Shown: positions 26,653 to 36,476 of the stretch, piece after piece
How the letters are laid out: the number at the start of each line of letters is the position of its first letter
How positions within the stretch are numbered: position 1 is the stretch's first letter
From: a virus
DNA length: 64,000 nt
Strand: one strand, 5' to 3'
Virus genome (UHGV): UHGV-1376660
Made by a program: the position numbers and the translations under genes
Notes under the pieces: model-generated
What the model was told of the DNA's origin: nothing
What the model saw: the letters and a program-made list of their open reading frames with translations, nothing else
Databases searched by the model: none

Positions 26653-28339
26653 TCATTTTACGCGTTTGAAAACGTATACGCTGACAGTGATTCCGGTGTC
26701 TTCAAACTCGTCAGTAAACGACTTCCCTTTGGCATAAACGTAATTATCCAGCGTCATCCAGTTCAGAACTGGCGCATCACCCGGCAGTACTGCCACCAGT
26801 CGCCCGCCGACTTTAAGATGCTCCAGCGCGGCCAGCGTATGCTCTCTGTGACGGCCAAGAGAGTAGGGCGGGTTCATGACGATTTTGTCGAACTGATAGC
26901 CTGCGTTGTCCTCAGACCACTTCATGAAGTCACAGCAGACCGTATTTGTGTACCCCTTGCCAAGCAGGATATCAGCGAAGAGAGGTGCGACTTCTATGCA
27001 GGTAACGTCTTCCGGATTGGCGTCGATGCAGGCCAACAGATCTCCGCGCCCGGCTTCAGGCTCCAGCAGCTTCTCACCTGGCTTCAGCTCGATGGCTCTG
27101 GCAACGTACTCCGCTATCAAACGTGGGGTAGGGTAGAACTGGTGTGATTTTGTATCCGGTATTAAGCCGGTGGCCACAATCGTATTGAGCGTATGGCCGA
27201 TCTCATACGGGAACTGCCAGTGCTTTTTCTCCTGCACGCCGCCAATGAAGTTCAGTGTGCGCTCAAGCTCTTCCACCTGTGACTTCTGTAGGTTGGAATC
27301 AGAGAAGTACCAGACGCCTTTGTCTTTGCTGAATCGCCCGTCGCGCAGCGCGGTACGAACCGGCTCGGAGATCGTCTTCTGGATTAACCCGAACTCTTTT
27401 GGTGCCCGTGTTTTGGGTGCAGTACGGCATGGCGCCGGGATTGCTGCAGGCATACTGTAAGCCAGCACCTCATTCAGCTTCCAGGCCACGTCAGGATGTA
27501 TTTCAAAGTGAACGTTGCCGTTCTTGAACATCTTCACGCGCATCAGGTTTCCGTCGACATTCATCCAGTCACCGGTCTGGCAGTCGTTTGCCCGGTACGC
27601 AGCTGATAGCATCTCAGTTGTGCGGTTGATGGTGATGAACTCTTTGTGTGCGAAGAAATGAAGCATGACGCGCAGGTCGTCGATGTAGTCCTCTTTCCGG
27701 TAGTTCACGCTGACGCTGTCCCGCCAGAACTCGGAAATGCAGTTGGCGATGATCAGACGCTCGCTAAAGCCGTTCGTCTTATTGGTCTTGTGGGCAGGAC
27801 TCAGCGCTTTAAACAAGCCATACACGCGCTCAGAGAGATATTTGTGCCTGTCATTCAGCAGATTGAGCATCGTTGGGATGACCGTTTCTGCTTTAAACTC
27901 CGGCACACCAACGAACTCCTTAACCTTCATCTGGTAGCCGGTTCTGTCAGTCCTGATGGTCTCCTGCTTGCCCTCGATAAACTGCTCACGCCACTCGTCG
28001 CGGCGGGAAGCTGGCATGATCAGCAGAACGTTTGTCATATCCGTGACCTTCTTCCAGTACTCGGCCCAGATATTCTGTTTCACCCATTCAAGGTCGACCT
28101 TGTCCAGCCAGGCTCTGTTAAAGCGTGTGCGCTCGTCATCCGGCCGGTGGTTGAGTCGCAGCAGGCGGTTAATCATGTTGTGGCGTTCGTCGCCATAAAC
28201 GAAGTCGTGAACCTGATGCATGAATGCGATCTCTTTCTCGCACTCGGCCACAATTTCGTGGATGACGTTCATTTCCTGCCGGTAGTCGATATCAGTGTTT
28301 GGGGTGATAGCGTCAATGATGGAAAGGGCTGTATTCATG
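26653..28339 (-). CDS. Large DNA methyltransferase: C-terminal gamma-class N6-adenine MTase domain (FYPTP...EAGRGDLL...NPPY) fused to a ~370-aa N-terminal domain of unknown function
   Basis: Motifs FYPTP, LEPEAGRGDL, NPPY in the C-terminal third; probable ATG start MNTALS (the track's upstream extension uses a TTG). Confidence 0.7.
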
Positions 28340-28348
28340 ATTGCACCA

Positions 28349-28384
28349 TTAAACAAATTGTTTTCTTGTTGGTGTTATTTTCCC
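28349..28384 (-). promoter_or_regulatory. Conserved early promoter/operator motif copy
   Basis: TTAAACAAATTGTTTTCTTGTTGGTGTTATTTTCCC. Confidence 0.6.
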
Positions 28385-28479
28385 AAAGTTGAAAAGGCGT
28401 AAAAGCAGCATTCACAGGCGTTGCAGCTGATTTAAGGCGTAAAAAGGGGGGCTTTCGCCCCCTGTCGGCAGGTGAGAAA

Positions 28480-29079
28480 TTAGTGGTGTACGTGCTGCGT
28501 TTTGTGCGGCTGTTTGTTCAGGTCGTGGCGATGGGTCAGCTCGCGCATCATGTCTTCAAGACGGCTCTTGGTGTCGTCAAGCTGGTCGGCCATTGCCCCC
28601 AGCAGCTGGCGAACGGCCATCGGATCGTCGCTGTTCAGCTCAGGCATTTTGAATCCAGCCTGGGAAGACATCAGTTTGAAGGCGGCCAGCAACATCGCCA
28701 GAGAAGACTTCAACCCGGCGATTTCACGATCTTTGCTGGCGTTGGTTTCATCTGCCTTGACTGAATCCGGTGAGCACTTCGGCTTGCTTACCATTTCCAG
28801 AGTTGCCTGAAGTTTGTCGGCGCGTTCTTTCTCTTCCAGATACGCTTCGCCGAAATGACGCGCCAGCATCACAATTTCAATCGGATCATCAATCATGCTT
28901 GAGAACTTGAGAACGCTGAAAAGGCGGTCGATAGGGGAGGCGTCGTCTTCGTGACCAACCACAAGACCCATGATCTCAACCAGTTCGGCCGCACCAACTT
29001 TTTTAATCACGCTTTCAACTTTGGCATTAGTTTTTTTGCATTTTTCGCACATGTGTTTTTTCCTTATGTTTTTAAACAA
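28480..29079 (-). CDS. Hypothetical protein
   Basis: 199-aa ORF behind promoter-motif copy 29071-29106. Confidence 0.4.
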   Translation of the reverse strand: MFKNIRKKHMCEKCKKTNAKVESVIKKVGAAELVEIMGLVVGHEDDASPIDRLFSVLKFSSMIDDPIEIVMLARHFGEAYLEEKERADKLQATLEMVSKPKCSPDSVKADETNASKDREIAGLKSSLAMLLAAFKLMSSQAGFKMPELNSDDPMAVRQLLGAMADQLDDTKSRLEDMMRELTHRHDLNKQPHKTQHVHH

Positions 29080-29106
29080 GTTGTTTTCTCGATGGCGTTA
29101 TCGTGG
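29071..29106 (-). promoter_or_regulatory. Conserved early promoter/operator motif copy (degenerate)
   Basis: TTTAAACAAGTTGTTTTCTCGATGGCGTTATCGTGG. Confidence 0.5.
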
Positions 29107-29160
29107 CGTGACTGAAAAGGTGGGCAAACGCTACGTAAAGGCGGACGCCCACACTGACGG

Positions 29161-29976
29161 TTAATGAAGACGTTTGGGTTCCTTCATTTCACGTTCGACA
29201 TGCTCACGACACGGCTCATACTCAATGGCGCTGGCGGTAATTTTCCCGGCAGCAATTAGCTTCACGGCAGCAAAGCAAAGTCCTTTAAAGGTGAACTTGG
29301 CCTGGTTGCGTCCGTTTCCGATGACAACGTTTTTGCCATATCCGCGGTCAATGAAGATCTTGAGGAACTGGCGGTTAACAGTGGTGTATTTGCGCTTAAC
29401 GTACACATCACCCAGCGAGTCCATCAGCGCACCCAGAACAGCCCCGGACGTTCCGAGAATGCGACCAGCTTCATTCAGCCCATAAAGCTCATCAGCAGTG
29501 CCGCAAATGGTGTCCATGAGAATGGCTTTTGGTTTTGCGTTAGATAGTGCAACGCCTAACGCTTCGTTCTCTTTCTCCAGACGCTCGTTTTCCTCGACCT
29601 GGTGTAACAAATGAACCAGAGCCTCTTTATAGGTACGTGGAATAGCAGGCGTTCCGCGGTCGGCAAACATGGACTCAAGCTCTCGCCACCGATCAACAAG
29701 GCGTGCGGTAAATTCAGGAGAAAGCTGTGCCACGACAACGATGCTGTCGCGCTTACCCTGTTCGGCTTCGAACAAGTAAAACGTAGCCGGACGCCCGGCA
29801 GTGGGCTTTTCCACCATTGGTGGAAAAGTAATAACGCCGGATTTAGCGAGTCTTTCAATGGTGCGTTTTACGCTGTCATGGCGACTGCCGACCATTTCGG
29901 CGATCTCCTGACTGGTCATCGATGGTTTGGCGTGTAAGCCTGTAGTGGTGGGAGTGTGTGCAGTTGCCTCAAACAT
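29161..29976 (-). CDS. Rha-family regulatory / antirepressor-like protein
   Basis: N-terminal MTSQEIAEMVGSRHDSVKRTIERL resembles Rha; C-terminal region resembles antirepressor KilAC-type domains. Confidence 0.45.
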   Translation of the reverse strand: MFEATAHTPTTTGLHAKPSMTSQEIAEMVGSRHDSVKRTIERLAKSGVITFPPMVEKPTAGRPATFYLFEAEQGKRDSIVVVAQLSPEFTARLVDRWRELESMFADRGTPAIPRTYKEALVHLLHQVEENERLEKENEALGVALSNAKPKAILMDTICGTADELYGLNEAGRILGTSGAVLGALMDSLGDVYVKRKYTTVNRQFLKIFIDRGYGKNVVIGNGRNQAKFTFKGLCFAAVKLIAAGKITASAIEYEPCREHVEREMKEPKRLH

Positions 29977-29994
29977 ACATTCTCTATTCAGTGT

Positions 29995-30017
29995 AAAAAG
30001 GGCCGTCAGTGGCCCTT
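29995..30017 (-). terminator. Rho-independent terminator (GGGCCGTCAGTGGCCC with T/A runs on both sides)
   Basis: Hairpin plus A5 on the plus strand gives T5 on the minus strand. Confidence 0.5.
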
Positions 30018-30084
30018 GTTGTTAACTCTCATTGGTTGATTGGCTAAACAATTTGTTTTAACAGTGCCGAAAAGAGATTTGGCA

Positions 30085-30273
30085 TCAAAAGAACCCGAGA
30101 ATGCTGCCCACCGGAACAACGAAAATGCCCACGACACGCGCAAGTGTCATTCCGGCATCAAACTGAAGATCGCCACCGTTCACGAGTTTCACCAGATTCA
30201 TGATCCAGCCGCCAAGCAGAAAAATGGCGAGGCCAACAATCATCGCGGTGACTTTCTGGAAGCTCCATTTCAT
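30085..30273 (-). CDS. Small membrane protein (2 predicted TM helices)
   Basis: Hydrophobic segments AMIVGLAIFLLGGWIM and VVGIFVVPVGSILGFF. Confidence 0.4.
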   Translation of the reverse strand: MKWSFQKVTAMIVGLAIFLLGGWIMNLVKLVNGGDLQFDAGMTLARVVGIFVVPVGSILGFF

Positions 30274-30282
30274 GCAATAGCC

Positions 30283-30777
30283 TCAGTCACAGCAGAAGGA
30301 AGATCCGGAGTTGCAGGTCGAGCTGGAATCGTGTCCAGCAGCATCCCATCCAGAGAGACAGGAGGTCGTTCTGGCAGGGGTGTCGTCTGCAAGGTTGTGG
30401 TGGAAGTAGTTGTGTCCGGTATCAACAGACTCTGACCGGCTGGTATGGCTACCGCTGCCAGGGTTGCTAAAATTACTCCGTAGGCCATTGGCTTCAGTCG
30501 ATTTCGTTGAAAATTTTCCATGAGAACTGTCCTTGTGTTCCTGGGATTCACGCAACACACGAGAGGCGACGGAATCACGCACCTTCTCCATGCCTACTGT
30601 CGCGCCCAGATTTGCTATGGCGGTAGCTTGCGCATCAATGCGCTTCTCCAGCTCAAACACTCGTTCTTCCAGTTCCGCAAGGCGTGCAGAAACACGACCG
30701 CTAAACAGCTCGGCCAGAACCAGGCGAATTGAACGGGGACGTTTATTGAAAGAAGTGAAAGGCGTTTGACGTGCCAT
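30283..30777 (-). CDS. Hypothetical protein with N-terminal coiled coil and Ser/Gly-rich C-terminus
   Basis: 164-aa ORF; an alternative overlapping 102-aa frame (30270-30578) has a signal-peptide-like start. Confidence 0.35.
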   Translation of the reverse strand: MARQTPFTSFNKRPRSIRLVLAELFSGRVSARLAELEERVFELEKRIDAQATAIANLGATVGMEKVRDSVASRVLRESQEHKDSSHGKFSTKSTEANGLRSNFSNPGSGSHTSRSESVDTGHNYFHHNLADDTPARTTSCLSGWDAAGHDSSSTCNSGSSFCCD

Positions 30778-30901
30778 TTGGATTCCATTCAGTGTCAGAA
30801 AGAGTTGCGGCTGGCCAAGCCAGCCGCCTTTTGGCGTTCCATCCTGGAACAGTACCTAACCGGTACTTCGTCATCCTGACGAACGGTAAGATACCTGATT
30901 T

Positions 30902-30933
30902 AAAATGATAGGTAAATACTTACCTATCATTTT
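30902..30933. promoter_or_regulatory. 22-bp palindrome element AAAATGATAGGTAAATACTTACCTATCATTTT (family consensus ATAGGTAAGTACTTACCTAT)
   Basis: One of at least 16 copies in the window, always intergenic. Confidence 0.6.
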
Positions 30934-31528
30934 GTGACAAAAATCCAATGTCACGCTTGTGAGGCATATCAGCTGCGGAGTAGGCGGCGATCTTCGCCAG
31001 GCGGTCACACATTTCGTTCTCGCGATGACCGGCATGACCTTTAACCCACTTCCAGCGGACATTGTGACGGCTGGCGGCCGCATCGAGACGTTTCCAGAGA
31101 TCGACGTTTTTGACTGGCTTCTTCTCAGACGTGATCCATCCGTTACGCTTCCAGCCTTTCATCCAGAGCGTCATGCCGTTTTTAAGATACTGGCTGTCGG
31201 AATGCAGGATCACATTGCAGGGGTACTTCAGACGCTCCAGCGCAATCAGGGCGCCCATCATCTCCATCCGATTGTTGGTCGTGCTGTGGAAACCCTCAGA
31301 AAGCTCGCGCTCTTCACCTCGATACTGGAGAACGATGCCGTAACCGCCAGGCCCGCCCGGATTTTTGAGGCAAGAGCCATCACTGAATACTTTTACGGTT
31401 TTGAGCTGGGGATTGAACTCGACTACGGGGGTTTTGAAGTTGGTACGGGATTGCTGGTGGGTTTGGTATCTGGCTTTGGACTTCGTGCGGCAGCCAGTAT
31501 GTTGCCGGGCTGGGGTCTTGGTCGTCAT
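30920..31528 (-). CDS. rnhA: Ribonuclease HI
   Basis: [20 protein letters not shown]...[16 protein letters not shown]...HSDSQYL...[11 protein letters not shown]...[16 protein letters not shown] aligns closely with E. coli RNase HI; about 45-aa N-terminal extension. Confidence 0.9.
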   Translation of the reverse strand: MTTKTPARQHTGCRTKSKARYQTHQQSRTNFKTPVVEFNPQLKTVKVFSDGSCLKNPGGPGGYGIVLQYRGEERELSEGFHSTTNNRMEMMGALIALERLKYPCNVILHSDSQYLKNGMTLWMKGWKRNGWITSEKKPVKNVDLWKRLDAAASRHNVRWKWVKGHAGHRENEMCDRLAKIAAYSAADMPHKRDIGFLSQNDR

Positions 31529-31569
31529 TTTGGCTCCAGAATCGCGCGCCGCGACGATTTTTTTTCCCT

Positions 31570-31595
31570 CGCGCGTGTGCGCACGCGTGCGTGTA
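31570..31595. repeat. 26-nt perfect alternating pyrimidine-purine tract (CGCGCGTGTGCGCACGCGTGCGTGTA), potential Z-DNA former
   Basis: Direct reading; every step alternates Y-R. Confidence 0.5.
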
Positions 31596-32122
31596 AATAT
31601 TAAAAATTTTTAGAAAAGAAAAACTTACTTCCCAGAACAGGTTTTAATAAAACCTGAACTGAACGAACGAAGTGAGTGAAGTTCACCTCGAACGAAGTGA
31701 GAGGTTGTCTTTTCAGGTAATACTCTCCCAGGGAGGTGAGTACAAAATTTCCTCACCAACCTGGTCGTTACATAACCTGAAAAGTTATGACCTAAGTCTA
31801 CTGCCAGCTTAGGCTTGGGAAGTTATGGATGACAGCACCCCAGAACCGAGATCTTCCCACACTTTATGAAGGGGAGTACTGGATTCAACCTCTCGAAACA
31901 CTCCAGACTCGACAATCATAAAGTGACCCTTCTCTCTGCCCACTTTGGTTCCCCCTTCCCCAACCCCTAAACGGTGCCGGTTCTACGCTGGTAGTGAGCT
32001 TTTTAAACCTGACGCCAGTGACGCTATCCCCCACCCATCAGGTCGAGCTGCCGGAATCAATCCGGAAAGCGGGTAGATTTTATCACTGGCGATCTGCGTT
32101 TTAAATGGTAAGTACTTACCGA

Positions 32123-32353
32123 TTATTTTGATTGATTATTTTCTCGACCATGAAGCTGGACGTTCAGGGCAAACACCTCATTGATGAGTTCCCCTAACAG
32201 CTGCTCCACCAGCTCTTTGTGCTCGCCTGAATGAAGACATTTGAGCGACCATTCGTAGAGACTGAAAGCCTTATCGCGATCTTTCATCATGTCGCGCACT
32301 TTGGCCAGAAAATCGCTCTCAACGAGCGCTACGACGTTCGTCGGGTATACCAT
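32123..32353 (-). CDS. Hypothetical small protein
   Basis: 76-aa ORF downstream of the second copy of the ~90-bp promoter element. Confidence 0.35.
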   Translation of the reverse strand: MVYPTNVVALVESDFLAKVRDMMKDRDKAFSLYEWSLKCLHSGEHKELVEQLLGELINEVFALNVQLHGRENNQSK

Positions 32354-32469
32354 GATAGTTTTCCTTACTGTGGTTCATAAAATCGATTCTAAAGCGTCTG
32401 AAGAGGGGTTCCAGTGGGTTCTGGAGGTGTAAAACGGTCTGGGAGTTGTTTGGAAATCACGTCTTAAAA

Positions 32470-32560
32470 AGCCTGCGTCTGTATATATTAATAATTAGTA
32501 CTTAGTTATTTATATATACGGAAGCAGGTTCTCAAACTAACTCCCAGACTGGTGTTTACG
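32470..32560 (-). promoter_or_regulatory. Copy 2 of the ~90-bp promoter/inverted-repeat element (TTGAGA...TATATAAATA, shared 30-nt GGAAGCAGGyTCTCAAACTrrCTCCCAGAC)
   Basis: Near-identity with 6590-6700. Confidence 0.5.
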
Positions 32561-33149
32561 CTGCCTTTTTACGTGGTCTCTTCTTCCTGACAACATTGGC
32601 AGGATCATAACCACCCAGCTTTTTCATCACCGCCAGCGGTATCTTGCTGATGGTGTGCCCAGCTTCCTGACAGTAGCCACGGAAGATAAGCAACATGCTG
32701 CCACCAGGGTTGATGTTCACCTCCACCAGCCCAAGTTCAACATCTGGCTCAACGAACGCCACGCGGCCGCCAGACAAGATGACGGTTTCGTTGGCGCATT
32801 CAGCCGCACGCTCGTACCACTGCGTATCGAGGGATTGTGGTATCAACATGACCGTCGTCACTCCACGCGCCTGCTCGCGGATGGCTGCGTCTATCCAGGG
32901 GGTGATTTTGGAGTAGGGCGGGTTAAGGAACGCCACAGTGCCAGGTTCTCCCCAGCTGCACTTGAGCGCATCACGCTCAACACCGATAAAGTTCGGCAGG
33001 AGAGCGTTATCTTTGTTGCAGGCGACGTCCACATCGAACTTTACGCCTATGTAACGTTGGATGGCGACAAACAACCACTGCGGTGTGCGCCAAAGGTCGC
33101 GAAGAGAGGCATCACGCTCTCGCTTTTTGATTTTTTCGGCTGCGATCAT
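32556..33149 (-). CDS. dam: DNA N6-adenine methyltransferase (phage Dam-type, N6_N4 MTase)
   Basis: WRTPQWLF, DVACNKDN, FLNPPYS motifs. Confidence 0.75.
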   Translation of the reverse strand: MIAAEKIKKRERDASLRDLWRTPQWLFVAIQRYIGVKFDVDVACNKDNALLPNFIGVERDALKCSWGEPGTVAFLNPPYSKITPWIDAAIREQARGVTTVMLIPQSLDTQWYERAAECANETVILSGGRVAFVEPDVELGLVEVNINPGGSMLLIFRGYCQEAGHTISKIPLAVMKKLGGYDPANVVRKKRPRKKAA

Positions 33150-33334
33150 TATTTTGCTCTGATAGGTAAATACTTACCTATTTTTTCATTTAATCCAACG
33201 GATAGCAAACAAAGAAGAACGCGCCAGATTCGCAAACGGGAAGCTCTCTGGCGCGTTTTATCGATGCTGGGTATGCAATTAGCTTACCCAGCGTCCTAAA
33301 GCTCTCAGGGGGCTTTAGATCGGGTAGGGGAACA

Positions 33335-34261
33335 TCATCCAATGGAATACTCCGCTATGAATTTTTTGACGATCGGCGACTCTTTATTAAGGCTTAGATT
33401 TCCACCTTCCCTGGTGGCAATGCCAGTAGCTGGAAACACAGCCATCATCTGGCCAGCCTGAGTCGAAGCGGTGTTGAGCGGATATGGTTTCTCCGGGTTG
33501 CTCATTAGCGCCAGTTTAATGCTATTGCTGGTCGCCGTGTTTGCGTCAAGGATATGGCGCATTGCGATTACCGTGTAGACGCTGATTTCCGGCCCACCAC
33601 TAAACCAGTTCAAAAGGTTTAAGATCTTGTCTTTCGCTTTGACTGGCGCCCCTTCGAATGCGGCAGTAAAGCTCTCACTTTCCAGACCGGCTGTCGCATA
33701 GAACGATTCGTCCTTACCTTCCAGCGTGAAGCGAGGTTTGGCAGGGGTACGCTCTGATTTTGCCTTCTGGCGTTTTGGCTGCTCTTCTTCAGGTTTAGGC
33801 TCTGACGCCACTGAAGGTAAAGGGGTTGGATCTGTACCGGTAGTCTCAGTACTTCGAGCGTCAAGTTCAGGCGCTGGCTCGTTCACTATCTCCGCAACAA
33901 GGTCACGCTCTGGTTCCTCGACCTTCACCGATTCGTGCTCAATCTCAAGCTCTTCCAGAACGCTACTCAGATCGCCGGTAGAGCTGGCATTCATGACTTC
34001 ATCCGCCACCGCCTCGACTGGTTTTGCGATTGCATCATCCAGACCAGAGAGAAGATCGTCGATCTCGTCGACGCCGCTCATTTTCGCAGCTTTCTGCACT
34101 GGTTCGTCGAGAGATTGCAACATTGCAGTCAGTTCGTCCAGGTCATCGTTTTTAACAGTGTTTGTAACTGCGCTCATTTTTAACTCCTTATGTTTTCGTT
34201 GGTGCGTTTCCGCGTTTTGGTTGAGCGTATTCTGGCAAAACCTATCAGGCGGAAAAGTCAT
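33335..34261 (-). CDS. Hypothetical acidic protein (Asp/Glu-rich N-terminal repeats, Pro/Glu-rich linker)
   Basis: 308-aa ORF, low-complexity acidic N-half. Confidence 0.4.
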   Translation of the reverse strand: MTFPPDRFCQNTLNQNAETHQRKHKELKMSAVTNTVKNDDLDELTAMLQSLDEPVQKAAKMSGVDEIDDLLSGLDDAIAKPVEAVADEVMNASSTGDLSSVLEELEIEHESVKVEEPERDLVAEIVNEPAPELDARSTETTGTDPTPLPSVASEPKPEEEQPKRQKAKSERTPAKPRFTLEGKDESFYATAGLESESFTAAFEGAPVKAKDKILNLLNWFSGGPEISVYTVIAMRHILDANTATSNSIKLALMSNPEKPYPLNTASTQAGQMMAVFPATGIATREGGNLSLNKESPIVKKFIAEYSIG

Positions 34262-34305
34262 AATTACAGGCAGTTAGAAGAACTGAAGGCAAAGAAAAAG
34301 CGCCA

Positions 34306-34863
34306 TCAGGCGCTTTCGAATGGGAGTTTGAAGAAGCCGTATTTCTCTCGGGCTTTGAAGAAACACTGCATCATCAGGTCAGTATCGTAGAGAGCGCTGT
34401 GGGCCTTCTCACGGTCGTAAGTGAACCCAAGTGAGAACGCCAGCTCTTCCAGGCGTGGGCGCTTCCCATCCTCGGTAGCCCACAAGCCATCCAGCATGGA
34501 GTCAACCAGAGGGATATCTGGCAATTTCACCCCATAGCTACCGAACTCGTGGCGAATGAACGGAAGGTCAAAAGCCTCTCCGTTATGGGCGACTAACGCG
34601 CTACATGCGCCCATGTACGCAGCAATCTTGCCTGCGTGGTCAGCCAGTAGCGGTTCCGTCGCCAGATCTTCCAGTGAAATGCCATGCACTGCCTGCGCCT
34701 TCGGATCGATACTGCGACGCGGGTTGAAGCGCATCTCAAGGCTGTCGATGTGCTTCTGGGTTTCCAGTTCATAACGGGTTATCGCGATTTCGATAATTTT
34801 GTGGCCGGATGTGAAGTCCAGCCCTGTGGACTCAATATCGACGCCACCGACAATCGTGGTCAT
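34306..34863 (-). CDS. DnaQ-like 3'-5' proofreading exonuclease (Pol III epsilon-like)
   Basis: Exo I DIESTGL, Exo II AHNGEAFDLPF, Exo III HSALYDT. Confidence 0.8.
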   Translation of the reverse strand: MTTIVGGVDIESTGLDFTSGHKIIEIAITRYELETQKHIDSLEMRFNPRRSIDPKAQAVHGISLEDLATEPLLADHAGKIAAYMGACSALVAHNGEAFDLPFIRHEFGSYGVKLPDIPLVDSMLDGLWATEDGKRPRLEELAFSLGFTYDREKAHSALYDTDLMMQCFFKAREKYGFFKLPFESA

Positions 34864-34872
34864 TCGTACTCC

Positions 34873-35292
34873 TTACAGCTTCTTCGCGCCTTTCAGCAGT
34901 GCGCCACGCACAAACTGAGCAGCCTTTTTCAGTGCGTCCTCGCCACTTTCGCAGACGACCGGCTCGCGCCATTCGCCCGTTGATGTGTTGAGGATCTGGA
35001 TTTGGTTGGTCTCCAGGCAAACGGACACGTACAGAACCGTACCGCCTGAGAGTTTGAGGTGCATAGGAAACAGAGGGCGCTTGGTGCCGCCATTGAACTG
35101 CGACATCGCCACATTGATGGCTTCGCCAACCTCTTCCCCAACAAGTCCTTGAACGGACTCAAACACTGCGCGGATAGCCAGACGTGCTTCACGTTCACTC
35201 ATCAAAGAGCGGGATTGTTCGTCAGCAATGCGGATCAGTGCTTCAATCGCTTTACGATCTAATTCATCCGAGAGGGGAAGTTCGTCTATCAT
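34873..35292 (-). CDS. Hypothetical protein
   Basis: 139-aa ORF. Confidence 0.35.
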   Translation of the reverse strand: MIDELPLSDELDRKAIEALIRIADEQSRSLMSEREARLAIRAVFESVQGLVGEEVGEAINVAMSQFNGGTKRPLFPMHLKLSGGTVLYVSVCLETNQIQILNTSTGEWREPVVCESGEDALKKAAQFVRGALLKGAKKL

Positions 35293-35355
35293 TCTGTTTT
35301 TCCTCGATTCATTTCGCGTGTCTTATTGTCACACTGCCCAACAGGGGAGCAACAT

Positions 35356-36000
35356 TCAGTGGAAGGTCACTCGTCCTGTTATACGGCGCTCGATGTTTTC
35401 AGCGGCTCTGTCCAGCACTCGCAATACCGATCTGGCTCGCGCTTCAACCGTGCGGCACTTTTCAGAAATAACGAACACCTGCAGATCGCCGGTTTGGGGA
35501 AGCGTGTTGATTTTCGTCAGCTCACCGCACATAAGTGCATCGATGCGAGCAACATAGAGACGGTCAAGCGATCCTCGCTGGGGACGCGCGAGATCTTTGC
35601 TGGAAAGCTCAACGCCCGGGCGAAGACCCGCGATAGCATTGAAGTTGGAAATGGCCGCTTTGTGGCAAAACTGCTCAATGTCGAGAGCCAGCTCGATGCA
35701 GCGGTCTTCGTTGGTCTGGCCGACCAGGTCAAGCGTATAAGCCATGACATCGGCTGGCGTGCGGTCGATAACAAAACCTTCAACGCCGCGGGTGATCATC
35801 TCGATGTGTCTGGCAATCTCCATCTGAACCTGAAGACGTTCGTAAAGGGGCAAACGCTCGCCAACCTTCACCCCCAGACTGCTCATCAGCTTGCCAACGC
35901 CGGCATCCACATACGGAATGCCATAATGCGCATCGATGTACCTTGCCAGGGTTGTTTTTCCACTGCCCTGTGCGCCAGTGATTCCAATCCGGTAATCCAT
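35356..36000 (-). CDS. P-loop nucleotide kinase, probable deoxynucleoside monophosphate kinase
   Basis: Walker A ITGAQGSGKTT near the N-terminus; 214 aa; sits between DHFR and DnaQ in the nucleotide-metabolism cluster. Confidence 0.5.
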   Translation of the reverse strand: MDYRIGITGAQGSGKTTLARYIDAHYGIPYVDAGVGKLMSSLGVKVGERLPLYERLQVQMEIARHIEMITRGVEGFVIDRTPADVMAYTLDLVGQTNEDRCIELALDIEQFCHKAAISNFNAIAGLRPGVELSSKDLARPQRGSLDRLYVARIDALMCGELTKINTLPQTGDLQVFVISEKCRTVEARARSVLRVLDRAAENIERRITGRVTFH

Positions 36001-36476
36001 TACGACCTTCTGTATACGATCTGCAAAAAGCCAGGCTCATCCTCATTTGCACGTTGGGTATAAGCCGTTTCGACTGGTACGAACCCTAAAGAACGCATCA
36101 TTGGCGCCGGGAAGAACGCATCCGCGCCCGGCACATCCACGCCAATATGCGACAGCCAGATCTCTTCTACGTGTGGCATAAAGAGCGAGTAAATCTGCCC
36201 GCCACCAATCACCCAGACCGGATCTGGCAGTCTCAAAACGTCATCGATGCCAGCGGGGTAGAACCCATTGGGGATATACCCACGAGAGCGCGTCAAAACG
36301 AGGTTATGGCGCTCTGGCAGCGGGCGCTTGAGACTTTCCATCGTCTTGCGTCCCATCACGACAGTGGCGTTTTTGGTGAGTTGTTTGAACAGTTTCAGAT
36401 CGGTCGGGCAACGCCAGGGAAGTTCGTTGCCAATGCCGATTTCATAGTTGCGGCCGACAGCTGCAATCATCTTCAT
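36000..36476 (-). CDS. folA: Dihydrofolate reductase
   Basis: MIAAVGRNYEIGIGNELPW...LKLFKQLTKNATVVMGRKTMESL...RPLPERHNLVLTR matches DHFR N-terminal motifs. Confidence 0.85.
   Translation of the reverse strand: MKMIAAVGRNYEIGIGNELPWRCPTDLKLFKQLTKNATVVMGRKTMESLKRPLPERHNLVLTRSRGYIPNGFYPAGIDDVLRLPDPVWVIGGGQIYSLFMPHVEEIWLSHIGVDVPGADAFFPAPMMRSLGFVPVETAYTQRANEDEPGFLQIVYRRS

Noticed and set aside
30270-30578. Rz/Rz1-like spanin pair (embedded ORF with a signal-peptide-like start)
   Set aside because: The outer ORF lacks an N-terminal TM segment. The embedded ORF has no lipobox Cys. No endolysin or holin lies nearby.
31600-32100. tRNA gene in the long noncoding gap
   Set aside because: No cloverleaf-compatible segment or GTTCRANYC T-loop consensus found by eye. 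A dedicated tRNA scan would be needed to be sure.
35326-36063. 245-aa plus-strand ORF
   Set aside because: Antisense to the dNMP-kinase and DHFR genes.
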